The notes under the pieces are model-generated. The model saw nothing but the letters and a program-made list of their open reading frames with translations, was not told the DNA's origin and searched no databases. Shown in pieces: positions 9,285-20,446 of a DNA stretch of 64,000 bases. Each line of letters begins with the position of its first letter. Position 1 is the stretch's first letter. The DNA is from Myxococcota bacterium (GTDB lineage: Bacteria > Myxococcota_A > SURF-8), in assembly GCA_965140415.1 (NCBI GenBank), contig OZ223209.1:1248001-1312000 (forward strand), written 5' to 3'. Position numbers and translations under genes: made by a program.

Positions 9285-11078
9285 ATGATTAATCCGCTGG
9301 ATTCTTTGGCATTTTCGTTGGCGACTAACAAGGGAGTCTATGCTGTATTACTCGGCTCAGGAATCTCTCGTAGCGCAGGTATATACACAGGCTGGGAAAT
9401 TACCCTCGACTTAATCAAACGACTTGCTGTGGTTGCCGGTGAAGATGCTGAGTGTGAGGAGGCTTCTCCTGATAACTGGTATAAAAATAAGTTCAATAAG
9501 GAACCTGATTATTCAAACTTGCTAGAAGAGCTTGCCAAGACTCAAGCAGAAAGAATGCAGCTTCTTCGTTCGTATTTCGAGCCTACAGAGGAAGAGCAGG
9601 AACAAGGGTTAAAACAGCCTACGAACGCTCATAAAGCAATTGCTAAGCTCGTTAATAATGGGCATATTAGAGTCGTTCTCACTACTAATTTTGACCGTCT
9701 AATGGAACAGGCTCTGGAAGAGGTAGGTGTAAATCCATCGGTAGTTTCTTCAAGCGATGGGCTCAACGGCGCTTTGCCATACGTTCATTCCAATTGCACC
9801 TTAGTCAAATTGCACGGTGACTATTTAGATACGAGGATTAAAAACACAAAAAGCGAACTGGCTAAATACGATAAAGAGTTAAATAGTTTCCTCGACCGAG
9901 TATTGGACGAATTCGGCCTTATTATATGCGGCTGGTCAGCAGAGTGGGATGCAGCACTTGGAGAGGCTATTAAGCGTTGTCCGAATAGGAGGTTCCAAAC
10001 TTTCTGGACTGTTCGAGGAAAGGTGCCAGATAAAAGCAAGGATCTAATTCAAAAGCGTCTTGCCAGTACGATATCAATAAATGGGGCTGACGAGTTCTTC
10101 TCTTCTTTAGAAGAGAAAGTAACATCAATAATCGAATATAAAAGACCACATCCTGTAAGCATCCAGGCGGCCATTGCTACTTTAAAGCGTTATCTTTCTG
10201 AAGACAAATATCGAATTCGTTTATACGATTACATTAACGAAGAAGTTGACCGTGTCATTGACGCGACTGGTCCCGATAAATTGCCAATAGGAATTACCCC
10301 TACAAAAGAGACGGTTACAAAACGGATCAAAGAGTACCAAGAAATTACGAAAGTGCTTCAGCACCTCTTTGCTGTTGGCTGCTATTGGGGAGGAGATGAC
10401 CATATCTCCATCTGGACGAAAACATTAAAAAAGATTGCTGACTATAGATCGATAGTAGGAAGCTCTCATGAACTGTTTGAAACCCTAAGACTCTATCCTG
10501 CGCTACTTCTAATGTATGCAGGGGGTATGGCATCAATTGCTGCAGAAAACTACAAAACCACTTTGGCAATACTTTTTCTGGATGGAATTCGAATGAGAAA
10601 TGCAACGTATCAACTGCCTTCCTTTGTAAATCCAATCTCAGTACTTGAAGCTGCGAAGAAACATATTGAAGGAAAAGAAGATCGCAAAACACCAGGCAGT
10701 GACTTGCTTTTTGAAGCTATAATCGATCCTATGAAGTCTTTCGCTTCCCATATCCAAGAAGAAACCCAAGATTATAGATCCTACGAAAGTGAATATCATA
10801 GGGTCTTTGATAGATTCGAATACCTAATGGGTCTGTCTGTCATTGGTGCTAGAGCTACCGGATGGGCTCCTATTGGGCAAAACATATGGAAACATCAATA
10901 CCAGTCCGAGGAATCAAGGGTTTTTAATGTTATTGATTGGGAAGTAGAAAAAATGCAAGAAGACTGGCCTCCTTTAAAAGCTGGGCTCTTTGGTGGTTCA
11001 CTCGAAAACCTTAAGCTGGCAATAGAAGGGCTTAAAACCTTCTATTCAAGAGTTTCTCGGAGTGAAGGAATCTTCTAA
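9285..11078 (+). CDS. SIR2-family (SIR2_2-like) NAD-binding protein, probable anti-phage NADase; AT-rich islet
   Basis: VLLGSGISRSAGI, LTTNFDRLME, KLHGDY and IICGWSAEWD motifs. Visibly lower GC than the flanks. Confidence 0.85.
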   Translation: MINPLDSLAFSLATNKGVYAVLLGSGISRSAGIYTGWEITLDLIKRLAVVAGEDAECEEASPDNWYKNKFNKEPDYSNLLEELAKTQAERMQLLRSYFEPTEEEQEQGLKQPTNAHKAIAKLVNNGHIRVVLTTNFDRLMEQALEEVGVNPSVVSSSDGLNGALPYVHSNCTLVKLHGDYLDTRIKNTKSELAKYDKELNSFLDRVLDEFGLIICGWSAEWDAALGEAIKRCPNRRFQTFWTVRGKVPDKSKDLIQKRLASTISINGADEFFSSLEEKVTSIIEYKRPHPVSIQAAIATLKRYLSEDKYRIRLYDYINEEVDRVIDATGPDKLPIGITPTKETVTKRIKEYQEITKVLQHLFAVGCYWGGDDHISIWTKTLKKIADYRSIVGSSHELFETLRLYPALLLMYAGGMASIAAENYKTTLAILFLDGIRMRNATYQLPSFVNPISVLEAAKKHIEGKEDRKTPGSDLLFEAIIDPMKSFASHIQEETQDYRSYESEYHRVFDRFEYLMGLSVIGARATGWAPIGQNIWKHQYQSEESRVFNVIDWEVEKMQEDWPPLKAGLFGGSLENLKLAIEGLKTFYSRVSRSEGIF

Positions 11079-11199
11079 ATTGTATTATGATTAATCAATA
11101 GGGATTTTGTCGGCTATACTGTAGCCGACATACCTAGCTACAACCCCCGTGTTTAACCTTCCATCACCTCTCTTTTCGCGAGGGGTCACGACAAAACAC

Positions 11200-11228
11200 T
11201 TGCTCCAATAGGCAATCGAACGTATGAT
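11200..11228 (+). promoter_or_regulatory. sigma70-type promoter of selC-selA-selB
   Basis: TTGCTC-17 nt-TATGAT, ending 23 nt before the tRNA. Confidence 0.55.
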
Positions 11229-11251
11229 CATAGCCACGCTGCTACGGCAAC

Positions 11252-11348
11252 GGGAATGGAAGGCTACCTGGTGGGGCCCGCGGACTTCAAATCCGTTGTA
11301 GGGCGTGAGAGCGTCCTGGGTGGGTTCAATTCCCACACATTCCCGCCA
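11252..11348 (+). tRNA. selC: tRNA-Sec (anticodon UCA)
   Basis: GCGGA-CTTCAAA-TCCGT anticodon arm, long variable arm, GTGGG-TTCAATT-CCCAC T-arm, GCCA 3' end; directly upstream of selA. Confidence 0.95.
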
Positions 11349-11383
11349 TTTTTTTCTTTGTCGGCATATACGGAAGCGAAGCC

Positions 11384-12748
11384 ATGACAGACGCCTTTCG
11401 CCACATTCCGAAAATCGACCGCCTGCTGCAACGTGCGGATGTAGGCGAACTGGCCGCCCGCTACGGTCATCCCTACGCGGTGCAGACTTGTCGCAGCATC
11501 GCAAACGAACTGCGCACCCGGCTGGCCTCCGATCCCGGCGAAGACCCGGCGCAACTGGTGGAAAAAGTGGCCGAGTGCGTGATCGACGACGCCCGGCTCA
11601 ATCCATCCCAGGAGGTCATCAACGGTTCGGGCGTGATTTTGCATACCAACCTTGGCCGCGCGCCCTATGGACGCGAACTACTGGCTGAAACATTTGAACA
11701 TTTGAGTGGTCCTTACAGTGTGGAACTGGATCTGGTAGACGGCAAGCGCGGCGTACGCGGGCGTTTCGTGCGTGAAACGCTGGCACGCATCTGTCACGCC
11801 GAGGACGCCCTGGTTGTCAACAACAATGCCGCCGCGGTGCTATTGGCGCTTTCCGCATTGGCCGCAGGACGCGAAGTGCTCGTCTCGCGCGGGGAGCTGA
11901 TCCAGATCGGCGGAGGCTTCCGCATCCCGGATGTCATCCAGCAGGGCGGCGCAAGGCTAAAGGAAGTCGGCTCAACCAATGTCACCACCTTAGACGATTA
12001 CCGGGCGGGCATTGGTCCCGAAACCGGCGCGCTATTGAAAGTCCATTTAAGCAATTTCTATCAGGGCGGCTTCTGTCAACGTCCGGAAACCAGCGAACTG
12101 GCGCAGTTGAAAAGCGCCTCGTTGCCACTGATCGAGGATCTGGGCTCGGGCTGTCTGGTGGAGCGCATCGGCGAGCAGGTCATGCCGGACCCACTTCCCT
12201 CGCGCGTGATCGACGACGGCGCGGATCTGGTCTGCTTCAGCGGTGACAAACTATTGGGCGGTCCGCAAGCCGGGTTGCTTGCCGGGCGCAAGGATCTGAT
12301 TCAACGACTGGCCAAGCATCCGCTGATGCGGGCGGTCAGGCCGGACAAGTTCCAATACGCTATGTTGCAGACCGTGCTGGGTCACTACGAGAAAAACGAA
12401 GCCGAGCACATGGCCCCCTGGAGGCAGATTCGACAGAGCCGGCCACAGATCATTGCGCGTATCGAAGCTTTTCGTAACAGGCATTCCCTCGATTCCAAGC
12501 GCTTTCCAATCGTGCTGACGTTGGGCGAATTCGGAGCGGGCAGCCTACCGGGGCGGACCATCGAAAGCGCCGCCCTTCAACTTCCCGCAAAGCAACCGGA
12601 TGAACTGGCCCAGCGACTACGTCGCAGCAAGCCCCCGGTCATCGGGGTGATCCGCAACAATTCCCTGCATATCGATTTTCTGGCCATCGAACCCGAACAG
12701 GAAGATCCACTCGCCCAGGCGCTGTTACAAGCGACGGGAGAGGCCTGA
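11384..12748 (+). CDS. selA: L-seryl-tRNA(Sec) selenium transferase
   Basis: [53 protein letters not shown]. Confidence 0.96.
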   Translation: MTDAFRHIPKIDRLLQRADVGELAARYGHPYAVQTCRSIANELRTRLASDPGEDPAQLVEKVAECVIDDARLNPSQEVINGSGVILHTNLGRAPYGRELLAETFEHLSGPYSVELDLVDGKRGVRGRFVRETLARICHAEDALVVNNNAAAVLLALSALAAGREVLVSRGELIQIGGGFRIPDVIQQGGARLKEVGSTNVTTLDDYRAGIGPETGALLKVHLSNFYQGGFCQRPETSELAQLKSASLPLIEDLGSGCLVERIGEQVMPDPLPSRVIDDGADLVCFSGDKLLGGPQAGLLAGRKDLIQRLAKHPLMRAVRPDKFQYAMLQTVLGHYEKNEAEHMAPWRQIRQSRPQIIARIEAFRNRHSLDSKRFPIVLTLGEFGAGSLPGRTIESAALQLPAKQPDELAQRLRRSKPPVIGVIRNNSLHIDFLAIEPEQEDPLAQALLQATGEA

Positions 12749-14712
12749 TGGCAAACGCGGTGATTGACAATCTCCCTGCCGTACCGGTGATTATCGGCAC
12801 CGCCGGGCATATCGACCACGGCAAGAGCAGCCTGATTCGGGCGCTCACCGGTACCGATCCCGACCGGCTCAAGGAAGAAAAGAAACGCGGTATCACCATT
12901 GAACTGGGTTTCGCGTTTCTAAACGACCGCATCGCCTTTATCGACGTGCCGGGGCACGAGAAATTCGTCAAGCACATGGTGGCGGGCGCGGCTACGGTCG
13001 ATTACGCCCTGCTGATCATTGCCGCTGACGATGGCGTCATGCCGCAGACGCGCGAACATCTGGACGTGCTGACGCTGATGGGTGTCGAGCAGGGACTGGT
13101 GGTTGTGACCAAGGCGGACTTGGTCGAGCCGGACTGGCTGGAGATGGTGCAGGAGGAAATTTCCGACTGGCTCTCTTCCACCGCTTTCAAGAATGCACCG
13201 ATTCACGTGGTGGACAGTTTAAGCGGACGCGGAGTGCCTGAACTGGAGGCTGCCATTATCAAGCTGGCTGCCGGCAAGCGCATCAGCGGCGGTAAAAGCC
13301 TGTTCCGCATGCCCATCGACCGCGTTTTCACCATCAAAGGTTTCGGAACGGTTGTCACCGGCTCGGTACTTTCCGGGCGCGTTCAAAAAGGTGACACGCT
13401 GCAACTGCTGCCCGAAGGCCGCCTGCTGCGCGTGAAGGGCTTGCAAAGCCATGGACACGAAATTCCGCAATCCGCCGCCGGAGAACGAGCGGCCATCAAC
13501 CTTGCGAACATTTCGGTAGAGGAGATCGAGCGCGGCGATACGCTGGCCAGCCCGGACACCTTGAGCGCCGATATGGCGCTGGACGCGCATCTGCATGTGT
13601 TGCCAACTTCCCCCGCACCATTGAAACATCGCCAGCGCGTACATCTGCATCTTGGCACTGCGGATATCCTGGCGCGTATCGTGCTGTTGCAGGGCGACGA
13701 AATCCAGCCGGGAGAGTCCGGTTACGTGCAGTTCCGCCTGGAGCGTCCCACCGCCGCGCAACGGCTGGACCGCTTCGTCATCCGTCGCTACAGTCCGACA
13801 CTGACCATCGGAGGCGGTATAATCTTAGACGCCACGCCCGCGCGGCATCGCCGCAACCGACCGGAAGTCATTCAGGCTTTGGAACGCTTGCAGGGCGGTG
13901 ATGATGGCGGCATGATCCGCACCTCGCTACATGCTACGCCGTTGCAAACGCTCAAGGAGCTTTCCCTTGCACTGAGCAAAGACGAGCAGGAACTGGCGCA
14001 GGCCATCGATACGTTGCTGGCGGCTGGCGATCTACTTGTGTTCGACGGTCCCAAGGGCGCGATGTATTGCGATCTGGACCTGTTGGGTCAATTCATGGAT
14101 CTGGCGCGCGCCCACATGAGCAAACAGCACGCCGCCCATCCCTTGCGGGCGGGTATCCGCCAGGGTGAACTGGCGCCACAACTGAAACACAAAATTCCAA
14201 AGGCGGCTCAACCCTTGTTGATCGAGCACGCCTTGCAAACCGGCCTGTTGATCCGGCCTGGAGGAGATCTGCTGGCGTTGCCGGAACATCGCGTTGCCTT
14301 GACGCCCGAGCAGCAGCAGGCCATCGACCGTTTGATTTCCATTTTCGATCAGTCCGCACTTACTCCACCTTCCCCGCAGCAACTGGCCGATGAACTCGGC
14401 CTGGCGAAATCCGAACTCACACCCCTGTTGACTTACCTTGTTGATACCGACCATCTGCTTTGTCTGGAAGGACAGCTTTTCTTTTCGATGACCGCCATCG
14501 AAAACGCCAAGAAAACGTTGGCAACGTTACTTGGTGGCGGCGAGAAAAAGACGTTGTCCGAAATCCGAGAAGTCTTGAACAGCACGCGCAAATTTGCGCT
14601 ACCCTTGATCAACTACCTCGACGCCTGTGGCTGGACCCAGCGCAACGAGGACGATCTACGCATGGCCGGAGCCGCCATGCAGAAAGCGTTGAAGCTCGAA
14701 ATCGAGTCGTAA
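12748..14712 (+). CDS. selB: Selenocysteine-specific elongation factor
   Basis: [31 protein letters not shown] and C-terminal winged-helix region (STRKFALP); start overlaps the selA stop. Confidence 0.96.
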   Translation: MANAVIDNLPAVPVIIGTAGHIDHGKSSLIRALTGTDPDRLKEEKKRGITIELGFAFLNDRIAFIDVPGHEKFVKHMVAGAATVDYALLIIAADDGVMPQTREHLDVLTLMGVEQGLVVVTKADLVEPDWLEMVQEEISDWLSSTAFKNAPIHVVDSLSGRGVPELEAAIIKLAAGKRISGGKSLFRMPIDRVFTIKGFGTVVTGSVLSGRVQKGDTLQLLPEGRLLRVKGLQSHGHEIPQSAAGERAAINLANISVEEIERGDTLASPDTLSADMALDAHLHVLPTSPAPLKHRQRVHLHLGTADILARIVLLQGDEIQPGESGYVQFRLERPTAAQRLDRFVIRRYSPTLTIGGGIILDATPARHRRNRPEVIQALERLQGGDDGGMIRTSLHATPLQTLKELSLALSKDEQELAQAIDTLLAAGDLLVFDGPKGAMYCDLDLLGQFMDLARAHMSKQHAAHPLRAGIRQGELAPQLKHKIPKAAQPLLIEHALQTGLLIRPGGDLLALPEHRVALTPEQQQAIDRLISIFDQSALTPPSPQQLADELGLAKSELTPLLTYLVDTDHLLCLEGQLFFSMTAIENAKKTLATLLGGGEKKTLSEIREVLNSTRKFALPLINYLDACGWTQRNEDDLRMAGAAMQKALKLEIES

Positions 14713-14764
14713 ACGACCCAGGTGTTCACAGTAACGGCAACTATCGGATACAAAGGGGAAAACT

Positions 14765-15094
14765 ATGGATGAGTATCGCGTTGTGTTCATCACCACTCCC
14801 AACGAAGCCACCTCGCTCTCGATTGCACGTACGCTGGTCAACGAGCGGCTGGCCGCCTGCGTCAACATTCTGCCCCAGGTGCGTTCCATCTACCAGTGGA
14901 AGGAAGACATGTGCGACGAAATGGAGCAGATGCTGGTCATCAAAACCATCTCCAAAAACGTCAAGCGGTTGGTGGCGCGTGTGAAAACGCTGCATGGCTA
15001 CGAAGTACCGGAAGTGATCGCCCTGCCGATATTGACCGGAAACAAAGACTACCTCAGTTGGATTTCGCACGAAACGGATACCGAAGAAGGATAA
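14765..15094 (+). CDS. cutA: Divalent-cation tolerance protein CutA
   Basis: IARTLVNERLAACVNI, SIYQW, HGYEVPEVIALP. Confidence 0.93.
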   Translation: MDEYRVVFITTPNEATSLSIARTLVNERLAACVNILPQVRSIYQWKEDMCDEMEQMLVIKTISKNVKRLVARVKTLHGYEVPEVIALPILTGNKDYLSWISHETDTEEG

Positions 15095-15110
15095 GCGCAG
15101 TCCGGCTCGA

Positions 15111-16421
15111 TCACTGTAGGGGGTCGATACGCGGTAACTGAAAACCGCTGATCATAGCCAGGCGTACGGCGTTGATGGGTGAATACGCACCGGATTCCGT
15201 GGACACGCTCCAATCGCTGACATGATCGCAGGAAATTTCAACAAGCTCATCGGCGCTACTTTGTGGTTCGATTTCAGCTGGACCTACCGGGCGGACCAGC
15301 ACCGTATTGGAGCGAACCTCTTCGACTTCGAACCAACGTTGCCGTGATAGTGCCGTGGGGCCGTGTTCTTCTGCCGCGCTTCGCACCAAGAAACGCCAAC
15401 CTGTCTCCTTACGCCCCTTCCACAATGCCAGAAATACGGACCAGCGATAGCGCGCATAGTAGGCCGTGCGTTCCACTTCCTGCTCGGTATGGTATAGCCG
15501 TCCCAGCCTTTCCAGACGCGCCAACAGACCGTCGAGATAAATCGACTGCTGCGGAGGCTGGAAAAAGGAAAGCCCCTGCTTGTCCGCACCGGTTGCTGCT
15601 ACAAGCACCGCCCGTTCCGGTTCGTGGGTTTCGTCCCGGTCGTAGTCGCCACCCAATACTTCCTTGGGAGCGCTATCCAATACGTCCTGTAACGGCAGTA
15701 AGTGGAGCGCCAAGCCCGGTTCCGGGCCGAGCGACACGGTGGAGCCGATTTCTGCAACGCCATCGAGCAGGCGGTCGGCGACCAAGGCGATAAGGGATGC
15801 AGCTAGTTGACGATGCTGCTCCGGCACCGCCAGGACATCCAGATCGGGAATGCCGGTGCGTCCCAGGCCGTGGGTATGCAGCCACAGGCGGGACTCGTCT
15901 TTACTATCGTAAATGGCGTGCAGGGTGTACAGTTCCCGCGCAGGTGGCGCAACGGGAAGATCGGCGGTCCATTCGGCGGAACTGCGCGGAAGGATGCGCA
16001 GGGCGTTTTCGTCGTAGATCAAAGGGGCCGTGCGCCCGAGCGAGAGCGCCACGATCAGCAGATCGCGCCAGCTCATGCGCGGATCGTCCTCGCCATCGAG
16101 CATCATTTCCAGCACCAGCCCGAAATGACAGCGTTCGAACTCGCTGCGTTCGTCGGCCTGAATATCGGTGGCGGACCACCAGGCTTCTTCGGGCAGTTCA
16201 TCCACTTCACCCGGCCAGATCAGAATAGGACGCTCGACCTTGGGAATCTCGACCAAAAGCGCCCAAGGCAGTTCTTCGTCTGCAATCATTTCCAACTCGG
16301 CTTCATGTTCGCGCCAACCGGGAAAATTCTGATTGAGCAGTTCCCGAATGTAGGACTCCAGCGGCAATTCCACAAGCGGCAACGGAACCAGAAAACTGCA
16401 TGGCTGATGGATGGACCTCAA
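15111..16421 (-). CDS. Hypothetical protein (DUF4026/DUF2314-like)
   Basis: WLHTHGLGRTGIPDLDVL motif recalled from the DUF4026-type family; start uncertain. Confidence 0.55.
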   Translation of the reverse strand: MRSIHQPCSFLVPLPLVELPLESYIRELLNQNFPGWREHEAELEMIADEELPWALLVEIPKVERPILIWPGEVDELPEEAWWSATDIQADERSEFERCHFGLVLEMMLDGEDDPRMSWRDLLIVALSLGRTAPLIYDENALRILPRSSAEWTADLPVAPPARELYTLHAIYDSKDESRLWLHTHGLGRTGIPDLDVLAVPEQHRQLAASLIALVADRLLDGVAEIGSTVSLGPEPGLALHLLPLQDVLDSAPKEVLGGDYDRDETHEPERAVLVAATGADKQGLSFFQPPQQSIYLDGLLARLERLGRLYHTEQEVERTAYYARYRWSVFLALWKGRKETGWRFLVRSAAEEHGPTALSRQRWFEVEEVRSNTVLVRPVGPAEIEPQSSADELVEISCDHVSDWSVSTESGAYSPINAVRLAMISGFQLPRIDPLQ

Positions 16422-16844
16422 AAAAGCCTCCCTTGCGGTTTGAATTCAAGCGCATATGCAAGCGCCAGATTTGAGCGAACGTCAATGTCGGCGGTAGCTT
16501 ACCCGGCAACGCCTGAAATAGCAAGCCGGGAGACGGGAGGAAATTCTAGCGTTTCTTTTCTCTTTTTTAATTCTTTCTCATTAATGTCAAGTATTCAATG
16601 TGCCAAGTTTCCATTATCACCCCGCTTTCTTCACACCCGGAACTTGACCTTGACACCTACCCGGGGATTCCGTAAGATGAAGATAAGGGTTGGAGACAGT
16701 ACATACGATATCTGACAATCGAGCGGACGGAATTTTCGCCTGGCATTTCTGTTGAGTTGCAACCGGGGCTAATCCGGGATTCGTAATAGAGCAGTTAACC
16801 CTGCAGTACATTATGACATCTTTCGCAACCGGAAGGAGGGCGCC

Positions 16845-17435
16845 ATGGAAGAAATGAAAGTCCAACGGTACAGTACGGAAGTCAAGGTGTATATCCTTGC
16901 CACCGTGATGCTGACGGCTTTGATCGTCGGGTTGATCTGGTGGAATGCCTCCGAAGAAGCCAAGCGCGAGGCCCAGCTCCTCTCTTTGTACAACACCTAT
17001 CTCGATCTCGAAAACCACATCAAGACCAACGTGGATATCAACGGCATCGCGGCCTGCGAAAAGCTGATGCAACCGCAGATCAGCGAGGAGCAGCGGGAAG
17101 CGCTGTCGCCGGAGGAACTGCAAAAAATCGAGCAGGAATTTCAGACTTCGGTGCAGGCCCAACGTGCCAAGCGGCAGGACTTCACCAATCGGCTGGCACG
17201 CGAGTTCAACTACCTGACCGACCGCAGACCGCAGAACCCGGACCCGGCATTGATGACGGATGCGCTGTTGTTCCGTCTGACCAAGACCTACGACGAATTC
17301 TCCGATGCGATGGAGAAACTGGCGAGCCGTTGCGGCGATCTGACCGAAGATCAGGTGGCCATGCGTAAACGCCGGTTCAACAAAGCGTTGGCGCGTTTTT
17401 CGGAGAACCTGCGCAAGGTCAACGAAAAGAAGTAG
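16845..17435 (+). CDS. Hypothetical single-pass membrane protein with coiled-coil
   Basis: GGAGG RBS, one N-terminal hydrophobic helix, host-like codon use. Confidence 0.75.
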   Translation: MEEMKVQRYSTEVKVYILATVMLTALIVGLIWWNASEEAKREAQLLSLYNTYLDLENHIKTNVDINGIAACEKLMQPQISEEQREALSPEELQKIEQEFQTSVQAQRAKRQDFTNRLAREFNYLTDRRPQNPDPALMTDALLFRLTKTYDEFSDAMEKLASRCGDLTEDQVAMRKRRFNKALARFSENLRKVNEKK

Positions 17436-17456
17436 TATTTCGTTCGGTGTGGGGTT

Positions 17457-18422
17457 TTAGTTTTCGATCATGCTGATTAACGAGCGGATTTTCTGCCGTG
17501 CGTCCTGCATGCGACTGTTGAGCATCATTGGATCGTTCTGACAGGGAATCCAGCTTCCGGGAGAACAGTTCATCACCGCGTACTTCGGCTCCCATTGTGT
17601 GTGTTCGAGTACGACGATAATATTCTGTAGCAGTTCGGTGGCCTTTTTGGTCTGGAGGATCTCCGTAAAATCGCTGCCGACAGCGACCAGCACCTGGCGC
17701 AGTCCCATTGCGACCCCCTGTGCGAAATAGAAGTGGTCGTCTTTTTCCGTCCAGCCTATTTCTACGCGAACACGTTTTTCACCTTGCAGCACGGTATCTC
17801 CTGCGGTTTCTTCAGACAGAAACTCGTTGTAATCACTAGGAATCATCGATAAACGTGTGCAGACGCCACCCAGGAGCGAGTTCATTTGATTGAGCAACTC
17901 GATCAAGTTATCGCCGCGAGGATAGAAGTGCGCCTTGCCGGTCTGCAAGCGTTGCCGGAAGGTCTCCAGGTGCTTGACACCTGCCAGAAACTTGCTTTCG
18001 GCAGAGGGCAGCATCCAGCGCATGGGATCGTTGGAAAAACTGGTATAGGCCATATCGGCGTCATTATCGATCTGATCGGTGGTGCGCAACCGGCTCAAGT
18101 TGTCGCGCAGAACCCGCACGGAGTAGCGCACGACTTCAAGTTGCCCCAACTGGTAATTTTGCGGATTATCCAGCAGTACGCTGGGCCAGGCGACATCGTT
18201 GGGCAGCCAGTGCGAACTGAATTCTTCGCTTAGTTGAATCAGCGTAGACACGGTGGCATCCCCGGTGAGTTTCTTGTCGTACTGGGGAGTAAAGAAATCC
18301 GGGAAACGGTAATTCAAGATGGCCCCAACCAGGTAAAACACCACGATCAGGCCGAACAGAACTTTTAAAACGGTCAGCAGTGTTTTGCTGCGGGTGGACG
18401 ATGTCGATTTCTTATCTGTCAT
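17457..18422 (-). CDS. DUF2333-family membrane-anchored protein
   Basis: WLPND...LDNPQNYQLG, LSRLRT, WMLPSAES, FYPRGDNL and DDHFYFAQG motifs; one N-terminal TM helix. Confidence 0.75.
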   Translation of the reverse strand: MTDKKSTSSTRSKTLLTVLKVLFGLIVVFYLVGAILNYRFPDFFTPQYDKKLTGDATVSTLIQLSEEFSSHWLPNDVAWPSVLLDNPQNYQLGQLEVVRYSVRVLRDNLSRLRTTDQIDNDADMAYTSFSNDPMRWMLPSAESKFLAGVKHLETFRQRLQTGKAHFYPRGDNLIELLNQMNSLLGGVCTRLSMIPSDYNEFLSEETAGDTVLQGEKRVRVEIGWTEKDDHFYFAQGVAMGLRQVLVAVGSDFTEILQTKKATELLQNIIVVLEHTQWEPKYAVMNCSPGSWIPCQNDPMMLNSRMQDARQKIRSLISMIEN

Positions 18423-18445
18423 TAACAATCTCCCTATTGAAGGGT

Positions 18446-20443
18446 TTAGCTTCTTCTCTTGGTGTACTCCGCTTTGTCTTCGTTTTCCAGCACCAAATCT
18501 TCTTTTTGCCGCCACCAGGCGGAAACCTGTTCCAGCCGATCCATTTGGATTGAGCGCGGCAGGCTGCGTAAAAAGAACTTGCCATAGGATTTGCTGCGCA
18601 GGCGACGGTCTAAAATGGCGATGATGCCCCAGTCGCCGTGATCGCGAATCAGTCGTCCCACCCCCTGCTTGAGTTGAATGATGGCGGTAGGCACCTGATA
18701 GGTATAGAAGGGGTTGCGATCCTGTTTGCGCAGGTAATCGATACGCGCTTCCGTTACCGGATCGCCGGGCGACTCGAAGGGCAGCTTGTCGATGATCACC
18801 ACCCGCAGCGCTTCGCCCAGCACATCCACCCCCTGCCAGAACGTCCCGGTGGCGAACAAGACCGAGTCGATGTTGGAGCGGAACTCGTCGAGCAGGCGGT
18901 TGCGGGGAGCATCTCCCTGTTTCAACAACGGTTGCTCGATGCGACTGACCAGCCGTTCATGCACGGCGTTCATGTTGGCGTAACTGGTAAACAACACCAG
19001 CGCGCGCCCCTTGGACAATCGAATCAACTGGTTGATCAACTCGGCGGCGCGGGGAACGAATTGCTGATGCGAGGGTTCCGGCATGACGCGTGGAATGAAC
19101 AACGCTGCCTGCCGACGGTAATTGAATGGCGAGGGAAACAGGCTTTCCACCGCATCCGATGGCAGCCCCAGGCGGCCCTTGAAATAGTCGAAGTTGCCAT
19201 CCGCTGCCAGTGTGGCGCTGGTGAAAATCGGATGCACCGGACGTTTGAACAGGTAGCTGCGCATCAAGGGAGCGACATCCAGCGGCGATCCGTGCAGAAT
19301 GACGGAACGCGGACGCACTTCGCCCCAATACACCATGTCCTCGCGCCGTTCTTCAAACATTTCATGAAGATCCGTGATGATGGCCTTGGCACGGTCGCCC
19401 AGCCCCCTGGCTTCGTCGTCGTCACGCTGTTCCCCGATTTCGATGCACAGACGTTGAACGGCAGATAAGGCCTGCGCCAGTATTATATGGTCTTCCTGCA
19501 TCAGGTTGTCGATCATACGTGCTTCAAAGCGAAAACGAGGCTGCATGGCGGAAAACGCTTCGAACAAGCGCACGGCGGCGCTTTTACATTCTTCCAGCGC
19601 CTTGCTCAACGCGAGAATCGACAACTGCTTGGCCTGTAACCAGCGACTGATGTCGTCGGTCAGCGAAAACACGCGATAATTGGACACCGAAACCCCGAAA
19701 TATTGCGTGGCCACCGATTCGAGCAGGTGCGCCTCGTCGAAGATCACCACATCGTGATCCGGGATGACCTCTCCAAAGCGCCGTTCCCGCACCGCCAGAT
19801 CGGCGAAATAGAGGTGATGATTGACGATAATCAGGTTGGCGTCCTGCGCTTTCTTGCGCATTTTAGTGACGAAACAGGAATTGTAAAATCGGCAATGACT
19901 GCCCAGGCAATTGTCCGAAGTCGAGGTGATTTCCGACCAGGTGCGGAAGTCGTCGGGCAGATCCGTCAATTCGGCGCGGTCGCCGGTTTCGGTCACATCC
20001 GCCCAGCGCACGACTTCATCGAACAGCGGACCTTCAGAGGCGAACCGGAACAAGCCTTGGGCTGTGAATTGACCGAAACGCAGTTTACACAGGTAATTGC
20101 TGCGGCCTTTCATATAGGTTGCCCTGACTGGTAGATCCACGGAATCGATCAGTAATGGCAGATCCTTGAAGAAAATCTGTTCCTGCAAGGTTTTCGTGCC
20201 GGTGGCTACCACGACTTTCAGTCCGGTCAGAATGGAGGGAACCAGATAGGCCAGCGTTTTTCCGATGCCGGTGCCGCCTTCGGCCACCAGCGGCGTCCGA
20301 TCCAGAATGGAATGCGCCACGGTTTGGGCCATCGCCACCTGTCCGGGACGACTGGAGAATCCGTCCAGGCGGTTTTCCAAAATACCACCGGTTCCTAGGA
20401 TGGACTGTAAATCTTCCAGCAGACGTTCGCGGTCGATACTCAT
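18446..20443 (-). CDS. DinG/YoaA-family ATP-dependent DNA helicase (Fe-S)
   Basis: EGGTGIGKTLAYL, KGRSNYLC, Cys cluster, VNHHL, DEAH, TSATL, QGVGRLIR. Confidence 0.93.
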   Translation of the reverse strand: MSIDRERLLEDLQSILGTGGILENRLDGFSSRPGQVAMAQTVAHSILDRTPLVAEGGTGIGKTLAYLVPSILTGLKVVVATGTKTLQEQIFFKDLPLLIDSVDLPVRATYMKGRSNYLCKLRFGQFTAQGLFRFASEGPLFDEVVRWADVTETGDRAELTDLPDDFRTWSEITSTSDNCLGSHCRFYNSCFVTKMRKKAQDANLIIVNHHLYFADLAVRERRFGEVIPDHDVVIFDEAHLLESVATQYFGVSVSNYRVFSLTDDISRWLQAKQLSILALSKALEECKSAAVRLFEAFSAMQPRFRFEARMIDNLMQEDHIILAQALSAVQRLCIEIGEQRDDDEARGLGDRAKAIITDLHEMFEERREDMVYWGEVRPRSVILHGSPLDVAPLMRSYLFKRPVHPIFTSATLAADGNFDYFKGRLGLPSDAVESLFPSPFNYRRQAALFIPRVMPEPSHQQFVPRAAELINQLIRLSKGRALVLFTSYANMNAVHERLVSRIEQPLLKQGDAPRNRLLDEFRSNIDSVLFATGTFWQGVDVLGEALRVVIIDKLPFESPGDPVTEARIDYLRKQDRNPFYTYQVPTAIIQLKQGVGRLIRDHGDWGIIAILDRRLRSKSYGKFFLRSLPRSIQMDRLEQVSAWWRQKEDLVLENEDKAEYTKRRS

Positions 20444-20446
20444 TCG

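Noticed and set aside
11091-11688. ORFs of 126-137 aa spanning selC (and 57556-57936 over tRNA-Pro)
   Set aside because: These are spurious translations of tRNA genes and adjacent real CDSs.
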